From the NCBI GenBank assembly GCA_905178155.1, contig CAJINV010000003.1:10793367-10857366 (forward strand): a DNA stretch of 64,000 nt, written 5' to 3'. Shown here piece by piece: positions 63,401 to 64,000 of this stretch. Position numbers and translations under genes: made by a program. Within the stretch, counting starts at the first letter, position 1, and each line of letters begins with the position of its first letter. Below the pieces are notes generated by a model. That model was not told the origin of the DNA. It saw nothing but the letters and a program-made list of their open reading frames with translations, and ran no database searches. The DNA is from Amoebophrya sp. A120 (Eukaryota; Protista; Dinoflagellata).

Positions 63401-64000
63401 CGACCCGAGCGCCGCGGTTCGAGAAGAAATGCTTGCTATCAAGTTTTCGAAGCCCGGCAACGCACCGAGAAGAATGGTGTGCATAATACCAGGTACAGTA
63501 GGCAGCTACATCAAAATGATGTGATCAACGTACCACCTTTTCGAATTTTTTGAATAGGAACAATTTGTCTTGCTCCCTGCTGCTTCGTTTGAAGATGATT
63601 TTTGGAGAAGGTGTAGGGCCCAAGCGATTGAACGACCACCATTAAGAACATTGAGTAAATACGACCGTGATCTGCAACTGACTCAGGGACGATGCCGGGC
63701 AACCCCTATGAGAGGCAAATTTTCCGTTCGAAGCCGTACACTAGTCTGATCAACTACGCAACGGGCAAGGAGGTAGTGACCGAGGGCGAGGGGATTGATT
63801 TTTTGAAGTTTAGCAACAAGATCCCAGTCTGGGACGCACGCAGACAGACTTTCACGATAAATTTCTACGGTCGCGTCCGCTTACCGTCGAGCAAAAACTT
63901 CCAATTGGTGGAAAGCGACGGCGAGGATGCACCGCCAGTTGTGCAATTTGGCCGTTGGTTCGAGGACGTCTTCCACCTGGACGGAATGTGGCCGTTTTCT
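60465..64000 (+). CDS. Tubby-like protein (C-terminal Tub domain), runs off the window end
   Basis: FPTYHL, LLAAQK, YVAKLRANWAGTEY, NKIPVWD..FTINFYGRVRLPSSKNFQLV, QFGR; GT-AG introns 60648-60891, 61481-61700, 62716-62940, 63171-63328, 63493-63686; non-canonical 61004-61209 and 61932-62246. Confidence 0.9.
61004..61209 (+). other. Non-canonical stem intron in the Tubby-like gene (A-TATC...GATA-GGGG), 206 nt
   Basis: 14/15 TIR TATCGCACGAAAAAA / TTTTTTCGTGGGATA; DR GGGGA; in frame. Confidence 0.75.
61932..62246 (+). other. Probable non-canonical stem intron in the Tubby-like gene, 315 nt
   Basis: A-TATC...GATA-CTGG; IR CTGGCTCTGGAA / TTCCAGACCCAG; in frame, but placed using the rule. Confidence 0.55.

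Overview
Eukaryotic (protist) genomic DNA, most likely a syndinian/Amoebophrya-like dinoflagellate; this is inferred from co-oriented genes and abundant non-GT-AG introns with direct and inverted repeats. About 13 genes, all on the + strand: PP4 catalytic subunit, GT17/MGAT3-like, CDP-alcohol phosphatidyltransferase, HAD-family protein, MFSD1-like transporter, prefoldin-4, SAS-6, ubiquitin-like CaaX protein, Tubby-like protein, a HEAT/TOG-like protein and three hypotheticals. Main result: two intron classes coexist. One is ordinary GT-AG, often with a TGAC branch-like motif near the AG. The other, about 16 introns without GT-AG pairs, has a fixed geometry: N-TAT...stem...ATA-NNNN, a terminal RNA stem with exactly 5 nt outside it, usually inside a 2-6 nt direct repeat. 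This suggests structure-measured splicing. Four of these introns form one introner family (TATGAGAGTGCACAA). The window also holds a 3.05 kb foldback-like element (118-bp TIRs, 9-bp TSD) in a SAS-6 intron, a 2.1 kb near-perfect palindrome with nested hairpins, a 222-bp hairpin, and several helically phased A-tract repeats. All exon structures are manual reconstructions without transcript data.
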